Shown: positions 17,671-27,370, numbered from the stretch's first letter. The stretch is DNA of 50,396 nucleotides from Patescibacteria group bacterium (GCA_042570925.1 JBHPFX010000001.1:1-50396), one strand, 5' to 3'. Numbers and translations: made by a program. The notes: generated by a model not told the origin, from the sequence alone.

Positions 17671-19421
17671 AGGAGTTCTTTTTTTAATTGTCGTGCTTTT
17701 TTAGTACCCACGATCTGTGCAAGTTTTTTCAGGGGAGCTTGAGAGATGCGCTCAATTGAGCCGAAGGTTGAGAGGAGCTTCATCCTAGTCTTTGTACCTA
17801 TGCCGGGGATTTCATCGAGCGTGGACGCGGTGAGAGATTTTTCATGTCTTTTACGATAGTATCCTATAGCAAAGCGATGCGCCTCGTCTCTGATTCTCTG
17901 AATGAGATGGTATCCGGCGCTGCCAGTTGGCAGTGCGCACGGCTGCTTGATACCTGGAAGATAAAGCTCTTCTTCGCGTTTAGCAAGTGCGATGATCGGC
18001 ACCTTCTGAATTCTTTTTCCAAGCTTTCTCTGCACCACGGAAAGTTGTCCCTTTCCGCCATCGAGAATGATCAGGTCGGGATGTTTCCATTTCGAATCGT
18101 TTTTCTGTCCAAACCGCCGGTCGAGTACTTCCGCCATCATGGCAGGATCGTTTGCTCCTTGAATTGATTTAATTTTAAACTTTCGATAATCATTCTTGCT
18201 TGGTATTCCGTCGGTAAAAACAACCATTGAGCCAACTGCATGCGTTCCTTGAATATTTGAAATGTCATAGCATTCGATCCGTTTGGGCAGTTGTGGCGCC
18301 TGAATGACTTTTTGCAGTTCTTTGAGCGCCGTCTTACCCTGTTCCTCACGCTTTTCCTCCTGTGATACAGTTCTCGATAGATACTCCCTTGCATTTGTTG
18401 TTGCCATGGTGATCAAATGCCGTTTCGCACCTCGTTTGGCTATGTGCAGATTAAGAGAAATGAGTTTCGAGAGATCAGAAAGTTTTTTCATGGTATGTGG
18501 AAGGTAAAGATGTTTGATATGTTCTGGCGAAGTAGGATAATACTGCTCGAGAAAAACTCGAACAATCATTTCATCGCTTTCATCACGCGTGCGCATGAGA
18601 GTAAAATCCTCCTTGCCGACAAGTTTTCCCTCTCTAATGAAAAGAAGAGAAATTACCGCCAAATCGTTATTCCGTGCGAGACCGAGCAAATCATACGACT
18701 CTTTTTTTGTTGACACCACTTGCTGGCGTTCAGTGATTCTCTTAACTGCTTCAAGATGATCCCGAAATGATGCGGCTGTTTCATATTGTTCAGCTTCTGA
18801 GGCGGCTACCATTCTTTTTTTAAGCAGACGGCTGATTAGGGTGAATTTTCCTTCGAGGAAATGAAGAATGTTTTGAATATTTTCGGTATATTGCTTCGCA
18901 TCAGTTGGACCAAATAACTCAGGATATCGTTTGGTCAATCTTGTTAACTGTTCTTTCGAAGGAGCCTTCTCGAAATTTCTGTGAGGAAAAAGCCTCTTCA
19001 GAATTCGCAAAATATATCGCACATATCCCGCAGATGTATACGGCCCGAAATATCTAGCATGGTCTTTACTGATTGTCCGCGTGGTAAAAACGCGGGGAAA
19101 CATTTCCTTTACGGTTATTTTTATATAGAGGAATTTTTTTCCATCTTTCAGTGCAATATTGTATGGAGGCTGGTGCCGTTTAATTAAATTTGCTTCCAAT
19201 AACAATGCCTCGTTTTCAGTGTTTGTTACTATTGTTTCTACATTGCGGATCTGCCGGACCATCATTTGCTTAGTGACAGAGAGTGATGTGTTTTTTTGAA
19301 AATATGATCGTACACGATTATGCAATATTCTCGCTTTTCCGATATATAAAATCTTTCCGGTTTTATCTTTAAAAAGATATATGCCGGGTTTTTCTGGAAA
19401 CTTTTTCGTATCGATCTTCAT
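17667..19421 (-). CDS. uvrC: Excinuclease ABC subunit C
   Basis: GIY-YIG motif (PGIYLFKD..GKILYIGKA), UVR domain, and Endo V-like plus HhH C-terminus. The track ORF extends to 19472; ATG at 19421 (MKIDTKKFPEKPGIY) is the likely start. Confidence 0.95.
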   Translation of the reverse strand: MKIDTKKFPEKPGIYLFKDKTGKILYIGKARILHNRVRSYFQKNTSLSVTKQMMVRQIRNVETIVTNTENEALLLEANLIKRHQPPYNIALKDGKKFLYIKITVKEMFPRVFTTRTISKDHARYFGPYTSAGYVRYILRILKRLFPHRNFEKAPSKEQLTRLTKRYPELFGPTDAKQYTENIQNILHFLEGKFTLISRLLKKRMVAASEAEQYETAASFRDHLEAVKRITERQQVVSTKKESYDLLGLARNNDLAVISLLFIREGKLVGKEDFTLMRTRDESDEMIVRVFLEQYYPTSPEHIKHLYLPHTMKKLSDLSKLISLNLHIAKRGAKRHLITMATTNAREYLSRTVSQEEKREEQGKTALKELQKVIQAPQLPKRIECYDISNIQGTHAVGSMVVFTDGIPSKNDYRKFKIKSIQGANDPAMMAEVLDRRFGQKNDSKWKHPDLIILDGGKGQLSVVQRKLGKRIQKVPIIALAKREEELYLPGIKQPCALPTGSAGYHLIQRIRDEAHRFAIGYYRKRHEKSLTASTLDEIPGIGTKTRMKLLSTFGSIERISQAPLKKLAQIVGTKKARQLKKELL

Positions 19422-19465
19422 AGACGAGCAAATTATAGCATGAATAGAATTAGTTGCGGCCAGTC

Positions 19466-19494
19466 TTGACAAATAGTATGTTTTCCGTTACTAT
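19466..19494 (+). promoter_or_regulatory. Sigma70-like promoter
   Basis: TTGACA-17 nt-TACTAT, about 45 nt upstream of ATG 19541. Confidence 0.5.
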
Positions 19495-19540
19495 GCCCTG
19501 TTTGATAACAACGATCTTTAACTTGAAAGGAGGAGCTGCC

Positions 19541-19954
19541 ATGCAGAAAAAGCAAAAGTGGGATCTTACCACTGGGCAGTTTCGAACAATCGTCTCACTG
19601 GCAATGCTCTATGCCGTGTATGGATTTGCCGTTCTCTACAACGTTTGCGGCAGAGTCTTTAACGGCAACAGCGTGTTTTCGTCGGATCCGTCACTTTCGT
19701 GGTTCGGATCCTGGCAAGCGCTGGGCATCGTATTGTTGGGAGGCCTGGTAGTGATTGCAGTCACTCTGGTACTTGGCTTTGTATGTGCGGGAGAAGCATA
19801 CAGTGCACTGAGACCCAAGCAGCGAAGCGTATTTCACGCGTTTCTGCGAAGGACTCTGCGCTATATCGTCGGAACCCGCCGCCGCCAAACGGATCGACTG
19901 ACAAGCATTCTCAGGGCCGCAACAACGATCTGCCCGTCGCTTGTGCGCAAATAA
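19541..19954 (+). CDS. Hypothetical membrane protein (137 aa), GC-rich orphan
   Basis: SD GAAAGGAGGAG precedes the ATG. Two predicted TMs (IVSLAMLYAVYGFAVLY and ALGIVLLGGLVVIAVTLVLGFV) are followed by an Arg-rich tail. A sample line gives ~50% GC. Confidence 0.55.
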   Translation: MQKKQKWDLTTGQFRTIVSLAMLYAVYGFAVLYNVCGRVFNGNSVFSSDPSLSWFGSWQALGIVLLGGLVVIAVTLVLGFVCAGEAYSALRPKQRSVFHAFLRRTLRYIVGTRRRQTDRLTSILRAATTICPSLVRK

Positions 19955-19980
19955 CACGCACGAGCAATCAGTTTGAGACG

Positions 19981-20020
19981 AAAGCCTTGGAGGAATCCAG
20001 GGCTTTTTGTTTGTTTTTTA
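19981..20020 (+). terminator. Intrinsic terminator
   Basis: AAAGCCTTGG-aggaat-CCAGGGCTTT is followed by TTGTTTGTTTTTT. Confidence 0.65.
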
Positions 20021-20070
20021 TCATTAATGACTATATACTAATAGAAGATTATCAATTTATCACTACACAT

Positions 20071-21204
20071 ATGGCAAATCGAGAAACAGGAGGGGATATA
20101 CCAGAGGAAGAGAAAAAGAAAAATAAATCTGCCGGAATCGAAAACGATCCGACGACAACGGGTCATGGAGAAACAGTCGGAGATATAGACACCACGCAAT
20201 CTGTAGCAAGTTCAGAATCCGGAGGTGCTGTTCCAGTGGTTGAAAAAAAGAAAGAGTCCGGAGGTGCAGCAGGTGAGCCGGATGATAAGGTGGTTGATTT
20301 TCTTGCATTGCGCAAAGAAGGGCTTGATGCCGGCGCTGAAGACCATGAGAAGGCAATACCTCCAACAGAGGCAGAAAATAGAGCGGCAGATTCGACACTT
20401 GATGCCGAAATGTCTCCTGAACGGCAAGAAAGTATGATAGGTGATATACATGAAGGAGTAAATCGGTATGCTGAAGATCAGAGGGCTCGTGCGGCCGATG
20501 CCGAAACAGAAGCTGATCCATTAAATAGAGCGAAAGAATTTTTCGGACGATATAAGAATGAATTTGACGAAGCAGTCCGAGAAGTAAATAAATTACTTGA
20601 TAATGATCAGCAGGAAGAAGCAAGTAAGTTAGCTCGTTCGTTCATTGAGCAGATGAAAGCGAAAGCCGGTAAATACTTTGGGGACAAGATTGATGGCTGG
20701 TTTCAGGAGTATGATGATCTAACTGATCAAGCTGATGGTGAGTCTAAATCAACAAAGAAAGAACGGCTGATGAAGTTAGCAATGGAGGGAGTTGATTTTA
20801 TCCCAGTTGTTGGCCCAATGAAAATGTTAGCAGAAAGCGCTGCGGGAAAGACATTATCTGGCCAAAAGCTCACGAAGTTCAAAAGAATGTTTCACGCAAT
20901 GGAGGGAGCTACCTTCCTTGCATTGGATCTTACTGGCATTGGAGCTGTGGCAAAAGGTGCCAAAGCTTCCAAGCTTATTACGCGGTCAAGTGCCTTAATG
21001 AGAAAATTGGGTGTTGCGCGAAAGGCCTACATACCAATCTTTAAGTTTGGAAAGTTTATTGCTCGTCATCCAGCATTAGCAAAAGTAGCTGACAAGGTAA
21101 TCAAGTATACGATTCTTCGGAGAAAGAAGAGAAAAACCGCATTTGTGAAATCTATTCCAGGCGTTGTGTTGAGTGACCAAGAAGCAAGGCGTATGGCAGC
21201 ATAA
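20071..21204 (+). CDS. Hypothetical protein with acidic N-terminus, helical middle and pre-toxin-TG-like segment plus basic tail
   Basis: ATG at 20071 (MANRETGG). The upstream part of track ORF 19699-21204 overlaps the previous gene and terminator. The segment VDFIPVVGPMKMLAESAAGKTLSGQKL...LDLTGIG resembles the PT-TG domain from memory. Confidence 0.55.
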   Translation: MANRETGGDIPEEEKKKNKSAGIENDPTTTGHGETVGDIDTTQSVASSESGGAVPVVEKKKESGGAAGEPDDKVVDFLALRKEGLDAGAEDHEKAIPPTEAENRAADSTLDAEMSPERQESMIGDIHEGVNRYAEDQRARAADAETEADPLNRAKEFFGRYKNEFDEAVREVNKLLDNDQQEEASKLARSFIEQMKAKAGKYFGDKIDGWFQEYDDLTDQADGESKSTKKERLMKLAMEGVDFIPVVGPMKMLAESAAGKTLSGQKLTKFKRMFHAMEGATFLALDLTGIGAVAKGAKASKLITRSSALMRKLGVARKAYIPIFKFGKFIARHPALAKVADKVIKYTILRRKKRKTAFVKSIPGVVLSDQEARRMAA

Positions 21205-21260
21205 AACAGGGCATTCTATGTCGTTACCCTCCTACTATTGGAGGGTTGTTGTTCTATCTC

Positions 21261-21289
21261 TTGACCTCCCTTGACAGAGGGTGTATACT
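21261..21289 (+). promoter_or_regulatory. Sigma70-like promoter upstream of uvrA
   Basis: TTGACC-17 nt-TATACT. Confidence 0.45.
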
Positions 21290-21334
21290 TGCTCTCGCAT
21301 TTTGGTTTCAAAAATATTTTTGTAATACACAAGC

Positions 21335-24187
21335 ATGATAGCAAAAGAGCAGGTCATCCGAGTCAAAGGAGCACGGGTGCACAATCTACAAAATGTCAGC
21401 GTGGATCTTCCTCGCAATAAGCTCGTTGTTTTGACGGGGCTCTCAGGATCAGGGAAGTCATCTTTGGCTTTTGACACTATTTACGCTGAAGGACAACGAC
21501 GGTATGTTGAATCATTATCAGCTTATGCCCGGCAATTTCTGGGCCTTATGGATAAGCCTGATGTAGATCAGATCGAAGGTCTCTCACCAGCTATTTCCAT
21601 AGATCAGAAGTCTACATCTCACAATCCCCGTTCAACCGTTGGGACAGTTACGGAAGTCTATGACTACCTGCGACTTCTTTTTGCACATGTAGGAAGACCC
21701 CATTGCCCAAATTGCGGTGATGAAATTTCACGTCAGACTATTGATCAAATTCGGAACCAAGTTCTCAAGCTCGGAGAAAATTCGCAAATCATTATTCTTG
21801 CTCCGCTTATTAAAGATAAAAAAGGAGAACACAGGGGAGTTTTTGAAAAGGTCAGAAAAGCTGGATATGTTCGTATTCGATTGGATGGCGATCTCTATAC
21901 CATTGAAGAAGCGGAAGATCTTAAAGTTGAAAAACAAAAAAAACATACAATTGAAGTCGTTGTAGATCGCTTAACGATTGACAAAAGTTTAGATACCCAG
22001 CGTCTCCGCGATTCACTCGAGTCTTCACTTGATCTTGGAGACGGTGTCATTACTATTCACCTCATTAATACAAAAAAAGACGTTCCGTTCAGTCAGCACT
22101 TTGCCTGTGCGAAATGTAGTATTAGTTTGCCCGCTATGGAGCCGAGAAATTTCTCATTCAACAGTCCTCATGGCGCCTGTACGGACTGCACCGGTCTCGG
22201 TACCCGATTAGAGGTAGATTCCAAGCTCGTAATTCCCAATCCGAAACTGACAATTGCCGAGGGTGCTATACGTCCCTGGTCACGTACGAGCTCTAATCAA
22301 GGCTGGTATTATTCTATGCTCAAGGCTGTCGCGAAAGAGTATTCTTTTTCTCTTGATGAGCCGGTTCATAATTTGACAAAGAAACAAATTGAAATTGTCC
22401 TCAATGGAACGGGGCCAAAGAAATATAATGTCGGGTATGAATCAGATCGCTTTTCGGGAGATGTAAACATGATGTACGAGGGGGTTATTCCCAATCTCAT
22501 GCGACGATACAAAGAAACAGAGTCGGATTACATTCGCACTGAAATTGAACGGTACATGCGCATATTGCCCTGCCCGACATGCGAAGGAAAACGTTTAAAA
22601 AAAGAAATGCTGGCTGTCACGGTGGCGGATAAGTCAATTTCCGCTATTACGGCATTGACGGTTGAGGATGTGAAGAAGTTTTTTACTACCCTCGCTGAAG
22701 GGAAGATTTTTAATCAAAGAGAACAGAAAATCGCGAAATCAATTTTAAAAGAAATTCGTGCCCGTCTTGAATTTTTAAGCAACGTCGGGCTGGACTATAT
22801 GACGCTTGATCGCCCTTCTTTGACACTGTCAGGGGGAGAAGCCCAGCGTATTCGTCTTGCAACCCAGATTGGTTCATCACTCGTGGGAGTTGTATATATC
22901 CTCGATGAGCCTTCCATTGGTCTTCACCAGAGGGACAATGCAAAGCTCATCCGTACGCTTAAACATCTTCGCGATCTCGGAAACACGGTACTGGTCGTAG
23001 AACATGATGAAGAAACCATTCTTTCTGCCGATCAGGTCGTAGACATCGGCCCCGGAGCAGGTGGGCATGGTGGCAAAATTGTTGCTCAAGGTACCCCGCA
23101 GCAAATAATGCGCAACACAAAGTCGATCACCGGAAGGTATTTGGCTAAAAAGGAAAATATTCAGCCTCCAAAGCAGTATCGAAAAGGTAACGGTAAAAAG
23201 CTCGTTATAGAAGGGGCAAGTGAATTTAACTTAAAAAATATCACCGTAGAAATTCCTTTAGGAGAGTTTGTATGTTTTACGGGAGTTTCCGGATCAGGCA
23301 AGTCAACACTGATGACTGAAATTCTTGCTAAAGCGCTCGCACAGAAATTTTATAAGGCAAAAGACTTTCCTGGTGCTCACAAGTCAATTTCTGGGACAGA
23401 ACATCTTGATAAAGTGATTAACATCGATCAATCACCGATTGGCAGAACCCCACGTTCAAATCCCGCAACGTACACGGGTGTATTTACTTACATGAGAGAT
23501 TTATTTACCCAGCTTCCTGAATCCAAGCTGCGAGGGTACGGGCCGGGAAGATTCAGTTTTAACGTTGTTGGTGGACGATGTGAAGCATGCCAAGGAGACG
23601 GTTTAGTGAAGATTGAAATGAACTTCTTACCCGATGTATACGTCGAATGTCAGGAGTGCAAAGGAAAGAGATATTCGGAGCAGGTTTTGGAAATCCATTA
23701 TCGGGGAAAAAATATCGCTGATGTTCTCGACATGACCGTCGAGGAAGCAATGAACTTCTTTGCAAACCAGCCCGTTATCGCAAGCAAGCTTAAAACGATA
23801 TATGAAGTTGGGCTTGGATATATCCATCTTGGCCAGTCAGCTACGACGCTATCTGGTGGTGAAGCACAGCGGGTAAAATTAGCGACAGAACTTTCACGTC
23901 GGGCAACTGGGAAAACACTTTATATTCTTGACGAGCCGACAACCGGATTACATTTCGATGACGTGAAACGCCTCCTAAACGTTTTAAGCAAGCTGGTAGA
24001 TAAGGGAAATACTATTCTCATTATTGAGCATAATCTCGATGTTATCAAATCTGCTGACTGGATCATCGACCTTGGGCCAGGAGGTGGCGATAAAGGTGGA
24101 GAGATAGTAGCAACGGGTACGCCAAAAGATATTGCGAAAATAAAGAAAAGCTACACAGGGCAGTTTTTAAGGAAGGTGTTTCGGTAA
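21335..24187 (+). CDS. uvrA: Excinuclease ABC subunit A
   Basis: 950 aa with two ABC ATPase modules ([10 protein letters not shown] and [10 protein letters not shown]; two LSGGE signatures) and zinc-finger Cys clusters. Confidence 0.98.
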   Translation: MIAKEQVIRVKGARVHNLQNVSVDLPRNKLVVLTGLSGSGKSSLAFDTIYAEGQRRYVESLSAYARQFLGLMDKPDVDQIEGLSPAISIDQKSTSHNPRSTVGTVTEVYDYLRLLFAHVGRPHCPNCGDEISRQTIDQIRNQVLKLGENSQIIILAPLIKDKKGEHRGVFEKVRKAGYVRIRLDGDLYTIEEAEDLKVEKQKKHTIEVVVDRLTIDKSLDTQRLRDSLESSLDLGDGVITIHLINTKKDVPFSQHFACAKCSISLPAMEPRNFSFNSPHGACTDCTGLGTRLEVDSKLVIPNPKLTIAEGAIRPWSRTSSNQGWYYSMLKAVAKEYSFSLDEPVHNLTKKQIEIVLNGTGPKKYNVGYESDRFSGDVNMMYEGVIPNLMRRYKETESDYIRTEIERYMRILPCPTCEGKRLKKEMLAVTVADKSISAITALTVEDVKKFFTTLAEGKIFNQREQKIAKSILKEIRARLEFLSNVGLDYMTLDRPSLTLSGGEAQRIRLATQIGSSLVGVVYILDEPSIGLHQRDNAKLIRTLKHLRDLGNTVLVVEHDEETILSADQVVDIGPGAGGHGGKIVAQGTPQQIMRNTKSITGRYLAKKENIQPPKQYRKGNGKKLVIEGASEFNLKNITVEIPLGEFVCFTGVSGSGKSTLMTEILAKALAQKFYKAKDFPGAHKSISGTEHLDKVINIDQSPIGRTPRSNPATYTGVFTYMRDLFTQLPESKLRGYGPGRFSFNVVGGRCEACQGDGLVKIEMNFLPDVYVECQECKGKRYSEQVLEIHYRGKNIADVLDMTVEEAMNFFANQPVIASKLKTIYEVGLGYIHLGQSATTLSGGEAQRVKLATELSRRATGKTLYILDEPTTGLHFDDVKRLLNVLSKLVDKGNTILIIEHNLDVIKSADWIIDLGPGGGDKGGEIVATGTPKDIAKIKKSYTGQFLRKVFR

Positions 24188-24211
24188 CAAGTCGGTACGT
24201 CTGTAAGCCAT

Positions 24212-24235
24212 TGGAGCGGTCGAGGACTCGAACGC
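24212..24235 (-). other. tRNA 3'-half-like fragment (T-loop plus acceptor 3' strand only)
   Basis: Minus strand reads GCG-TTCGAGT-CCTCG-ACCGCTC-CA. The T-loop and 3' strands are present, but the 5' T-stem partner and the rest of a tRNA are absent. Confidence 0.45.
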
Positions 24236-24254
24236 TGGTTTTAGGTAGCAGGTA

Positions 24255-24283
24255 TTGACAGATGAAGTGATTTAATATATATT
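24255..24283 (+). promoter_or_regulatory. Sigma70-like promoter
   Basis: TTGACA-17 nt-TATATT, upstream of ORF 24337. Confidence 0.5.
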
Positions 24284-24336
24284 ACTTTGAAAATTGTTAA
24301 AATGGCACAATTCACAATGCAGTTCAGGTAGGGAGG

Positions 24337-24912
24337 ATGAAGATGGGGAACTCTCGAAGTAACGGTGGTCGCACACGTAGGAATAGAATGATTGGTGTGG
24401 CGATCGTCTTGGCCTTCGCACTATTATTGTGGAATTTACCACATGGTGAAGGGCCGTCGAGGTACGAAGAACTACAGAATGCTGGTATTCTCGGTGAGCA
24501 TCAACTGGCGCAAATGGAACCAGGCGGCTCAATCTCGGGCTCTTTCTTTCTTGCCAGCGGTTCGTTCGAGAGGACCAGAGACATCACGTTTTTCTGGAAC
24601 TACCAGGGCTCCGAGCTTGTATCCACGATGCTCCCGTACGATCGGCTTCGCTTCATCATCGATGATGAGTGCAACGAGCCAGTCGTGGAATTTGTCTTCA
24701 AACAAGAGTGGCTGGACCATCGGAACGACCTTGCGAACGACAACCACTTTTCAGCCGATGAGCTGATTAATGTCAATGATATCATCGGTGACGGTCACTC
24801 CTGGAGACCTCTCATCTTTGCACGTGTGAGACTCTCGTCCAAAGTGATGGAAGATGAAGTGTATCTTCCGAAGTCACTGGACGGATCAGATACTATAATC
24901 GCACCGATCTAA
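24337..24912 (+). CDS. Hypothetical secreted or membrane-anchored protein (191 aa), GC-rich orphan
   Basis: SD GGGAGG (the second ATG at 24343 has better spacing). The N-terminus has Arg-rich residues followed by a TM (IGVAIVLAFALLLW). Sample lines give 43-48% GC. No known motif. Confidence 0.6.
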   Translation: MKMGNSRSNGGRTRRNRMIGVAIVLAFALLLWNLPHGEGPSRYEELQNAGILGEHQLAQMEPGGSISGSFFLASGSFERTRDITFFWNYQGSELVSTMLPYDRLRFIIDDECNEPVVEFVFKQEWLDHRNDLANDNHFSADELINVNDIIGDGHSWRPLIFARVRLSSKVMEDEVYLPKSLDGSDTIIAPI

Positions 24913-24945
24913 CGGAAGGTGTGCGGTAATCATCTGGAATCGATT

Positions 24946-24975
24946 GGGGTCGTTCTTAGCTGGACGACCCCTTTT
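24946..24975 (+). terminator. Intrinsic terminator
   Basis: GGGGTCGT-loop-ACGACCCC followed by TTTT. Confidence 0.7.
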
Positions 24976-25028
24976 CATTTTAGTGAAATTTTACTGGTCT
25001 TTTATACAAAAAAACGTATACTACATGT

Positions 25029-25967
25029 ATGCAAGACGATTTAAGACTCGAAAAAGCTATTCTCAAAACGCTTGCGTATTTTGATATGTTTGATTATCCG
25101 CTGACTGCCCAAGAGATTTGGAAGTGGTTGTATGGCGATCAGTCATGTTCGTATTCAGATATTTTGGATGTGTTGAAAAAAGTTAGAGATAAAATTGAGT
25201 TTAAAAGCGGTTATTTTTTTCTCGAAGGACGCTCCAATCTTGTTGATATTCGTCAATCACGATATCGTGTTGCAGAAAAGAAATTTCAAAAAGCAATAAC
25301 ATTAGCTAAAGTATTGCGATACCTGCCATTCATCCGCATGGTCGCAGGGTGCAACAAACTTGGTTACAATAACAATGCAGCTGAGAGCGATATCGATCTC
25401 TTTTTTATTGTTCAAAAGAACCGGCTCTGGATTACTCGCTTTTTTATTACGGGGATTGCTCAGGTGTTAGGACTCCGCAGATATGGGACAAAGATTACTG
25501 ATCGAGTCTGTCTGAGTTTTTACGTAACGACTGATAGATTAAGTATCAGGGATTTATCAAAGAAACCAACCGATCCATATCTGGTATATTGGATCGCGCA
25601 TTTGTATCCGCTGACTGGGTATGAATGGTATCAGAAATTTATTGAAGCAAACAGGTGGATAAAAGATTTTCTTCCCAATATTGAATTTGTCATTCCCTCT
25701 CCCAGAAGAGCCGTGCATGAAAGTGAGTTTTCAAAGATTATAAAAAAAGTATTTGAAGTAATTCTTTTCGGTCCTGCTGGTTCTGCTTTGAATGCATTGG
25801 TGAGACTCTATCAAATGAAGAAGATCAAGAAGCATCATGCAAGCAAACTATGGGATGACTCAACTGATGTCTTAGTTGGAGACGAAATATTAAAATTTCA
25901 TGAGAAGGACCGCCGGGATCAGTTCCGAGAACAATTTGAAGAAAAATGCGCACACGTAACATCATAG
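25029..25967 (+). CDS. Conserved hypothetical protein, possible Pol-beta-type nucleotidyltransferase fold
   Basis: 312 aa. AGCNKLGYNNNAAESDIDLFFIV resembles the hG[GS]x9-13DhDh NTase motif (Cys in place of Gly/Ser). The N-terminus is ILKTLAYFDMFDYPLT. Confidence 0.55.
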   Translation: MQDDLRLEKAILKTLAYFDMFDYPLTAQEIWKWLYGDQSCSYSDILDVLKKVRDKIEFKSGYFFLEGRSNLVDIRQSRYRVAEKKFQKAITLAKVLRYLPFIRMVAGCNKLGYNNNAAESDIDLFFIVQKNRLWITRFFITGIAQVLGLRRYGTKITDRVCLSFYVTTDRLSIRDLSKKPTDPYLVYWIAHLYPLTGYEWYQKFIEANRWIKDFLPNIEFVIPSPRRAVHESEFSKIIKKVFEVILFGPAGSALNALVRLYQMKKIKKHHASKLWDDSTDVLVGDEILKFHEKDRRDQFREQFEEKCAHVTS

Positions 25968-27286
25968 AAATAATCAGGAAAATCATTCCTTGGCTGCTTT
26001 TGGGTATTATTGTTTTATTGCCATGGCAGGCACAGTTTATATTTCAGGAAGGTGAGATTGGAGGAGAGTCATGGCAGTATGGGACATTCAGTGTTTTTGC
26101 CATTGATATACTTATTGTAGCCGTTGTACTTTTATTGTTGTTTGCACAACGAAATAGTGGAATCAAGTTACAGAAGTATGTATGGATACTTCTCGGAGCT
26201 TTTTTTGCCACGGCTTTTTTCTCAATCTGGTTTTCTACTGACAGGGAAGTAAGTTGGTTTCGGTTAGCATTACTATTGGAAGGATATGGAGTATTGTGGC
26301 TGTTTTCATCAGTGAAGTTTTCACTGAGACAGCTCGGATACGCGTTTGGATTGAGCGGTGTCATCCAAAGTGTTTTTGCAATCTCACAATTTATCACTCA
26401 AAAAGTTTTCGCCTCTACACTACTTGGCACGGCAGAGCATTTACCGGAAGTAATTGGTAATTCCGTCATCGAAGCGGGCGGACGCTTTCTTCGCGCATAC
26501 GGCACATTTCAACATCCAAATCTTCTTGCAGGTTTCCTTGTACTTTGTTTCATTTTTGTTATTGGGTGGTACTTTATTTCAAAAAAACGAATCGACAGCA
26601 TTTTTTCTCTGAGTGCTATAAGTATTATATCAGTCGGATTGTTTTTTACTTTTAGTCGTTCAGCGTGGGGAGTGATGGGGGCCAGTATCTTTTTTCTCGT
26701 ATTTCTAGCGTTAATGACTCGCGGCCTTGTTAATAGAAGAAAAATAATTTCTGCCTTAATTGTAATAATTCTCATTTCAACAATCTTTAGCGCAATGAAT
26801 TTTTCGATTATTTCGACACGACTTGCAAGCAATGCCCGACTGGAGGTTCAGTCGGCAACTGAGCGAATTACTGGATATGAAGATTCCTGGACACTCTTAA
26901 AAGATTCTTGGCTCCATGGAGTTGGTATCGGAGCATATACTTCTTCTGTTCGTGAAGATGTTGATACGTCTCGCGAAGTATGGCAGCTACAACCAGTTCA
27001 TAATATATACCTTCTCATAGCAACGGAACTGAGTATTTTTGGATTCATATTCTTTGCGCTATTTCTTATTGAACTCATTCGAAAAGGTGTACAAAAACTT
27101 TCAATGCTCCAGAGTATATCTTTTGAGTGGGTCGTATATTTAACTGCGGGTTTAGCGGTTCTGCTTCTCGGTTTGTTTGATCATTATTTCTGGAGTCTGC
27201 ACCCCGGATCACTTCTCATGTGGCTTATATTCGGACTGGCTATAGCTGCCTTTTTTAGAAATTCACATGGTGTGGATAACTTGTAG
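25946..27286 (+). CDS. O-antigen ligase / polymerase-like (Wzy_C type) polytopic membrane protein
   Basis: 446 aa with about 10-12 TMs, FTFSRSAWG and a large loop with GVGIGAY. It overlaps the preceding gene by 22 nt. Confidence 0.78.
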   Translation: MRTRNIIEIIRKIIPWLLLGIIVLLPWQAQFIFQEGEIGGESWQYGTFSVFAIDILIVAVVLLLLFAQRNSGIKLQKYVWILLGAFFATAFFSIWFSTDREVSWFRLALLLEGYGVLWLFSSVKFSLRQLGYAFGLSGVIQSVFAISQFITQKVFASTLLGTAEHLPEVIGNSVIEAGGRFLRAYGTFQHPNLLAGFLVLCFIFVIGWYFISKKRIDSIFSLSAISIISVGLFFTFSRSAWGVMGASIFFLVFLALMTRGLVNRRKIISALIVIILISTIFSAMNFSIISTRLASNARLEVQSATERITGYEDSWTLLKDSWLHGVGIGAYTSSVREDVDTSREVWQLQPVHNIYLLIATELSIFGFIFFALFLIELIRKGVQKLSMLQSISFEWVVYLTAGLAVLLLGLFDHYFWSLHPGSLLMWLIFGLAIAAFFRNSHGVDNL

Positions 27287-27299
27287 TACAAAGGCAGCC

Positions 27300-27328
27300 T
27301 TGACGCATTATTAAAGGTGTTCTACAAT
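27300..27328 (+). promoter_or_regulatory. Sigma70-like promoter of groES-groEL
   Basis: TTGACG-17 nt-TACAAT, immediately upstream of CIRCE. Confidence 0.6.
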
Positions 27329-27343
27329 CCATATCACCCGAAA

Positions 27344-27370
27344 TTAGCACTCATATAGCTAGAGTGCTAA
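27344..27370 (+). promoter_or_regulatory. CIRCE operator (HrcA binding site)
   Basis: TTAGCACTC-atatagcta-GAGTGCTAA is a perfect match to the consensus TTAGCACTC-N9-GAGTGCTAA. It lies 38 nt upstream of the groES ATG. Confidence 0.92.

Noticed and set aside
19699-20070. Upstream 124 codons of the 501-aa track ORF
   Set aside because: This stretch overlaps the 19541-19954 gene and runs through its terminator. It stays open because of GC richness. ATG 20071 after the terminator is the credible start.
20063-20623. 186-aa minus-strand ORF and other nested ORFs inside 20071-21204
   Set aside because: They are antisense to the better-supported plus-strand gene. The peptide is Leu/His/Pro-rich, which is typical of antisense frames of Glu/Lys/Ala-rich genes.
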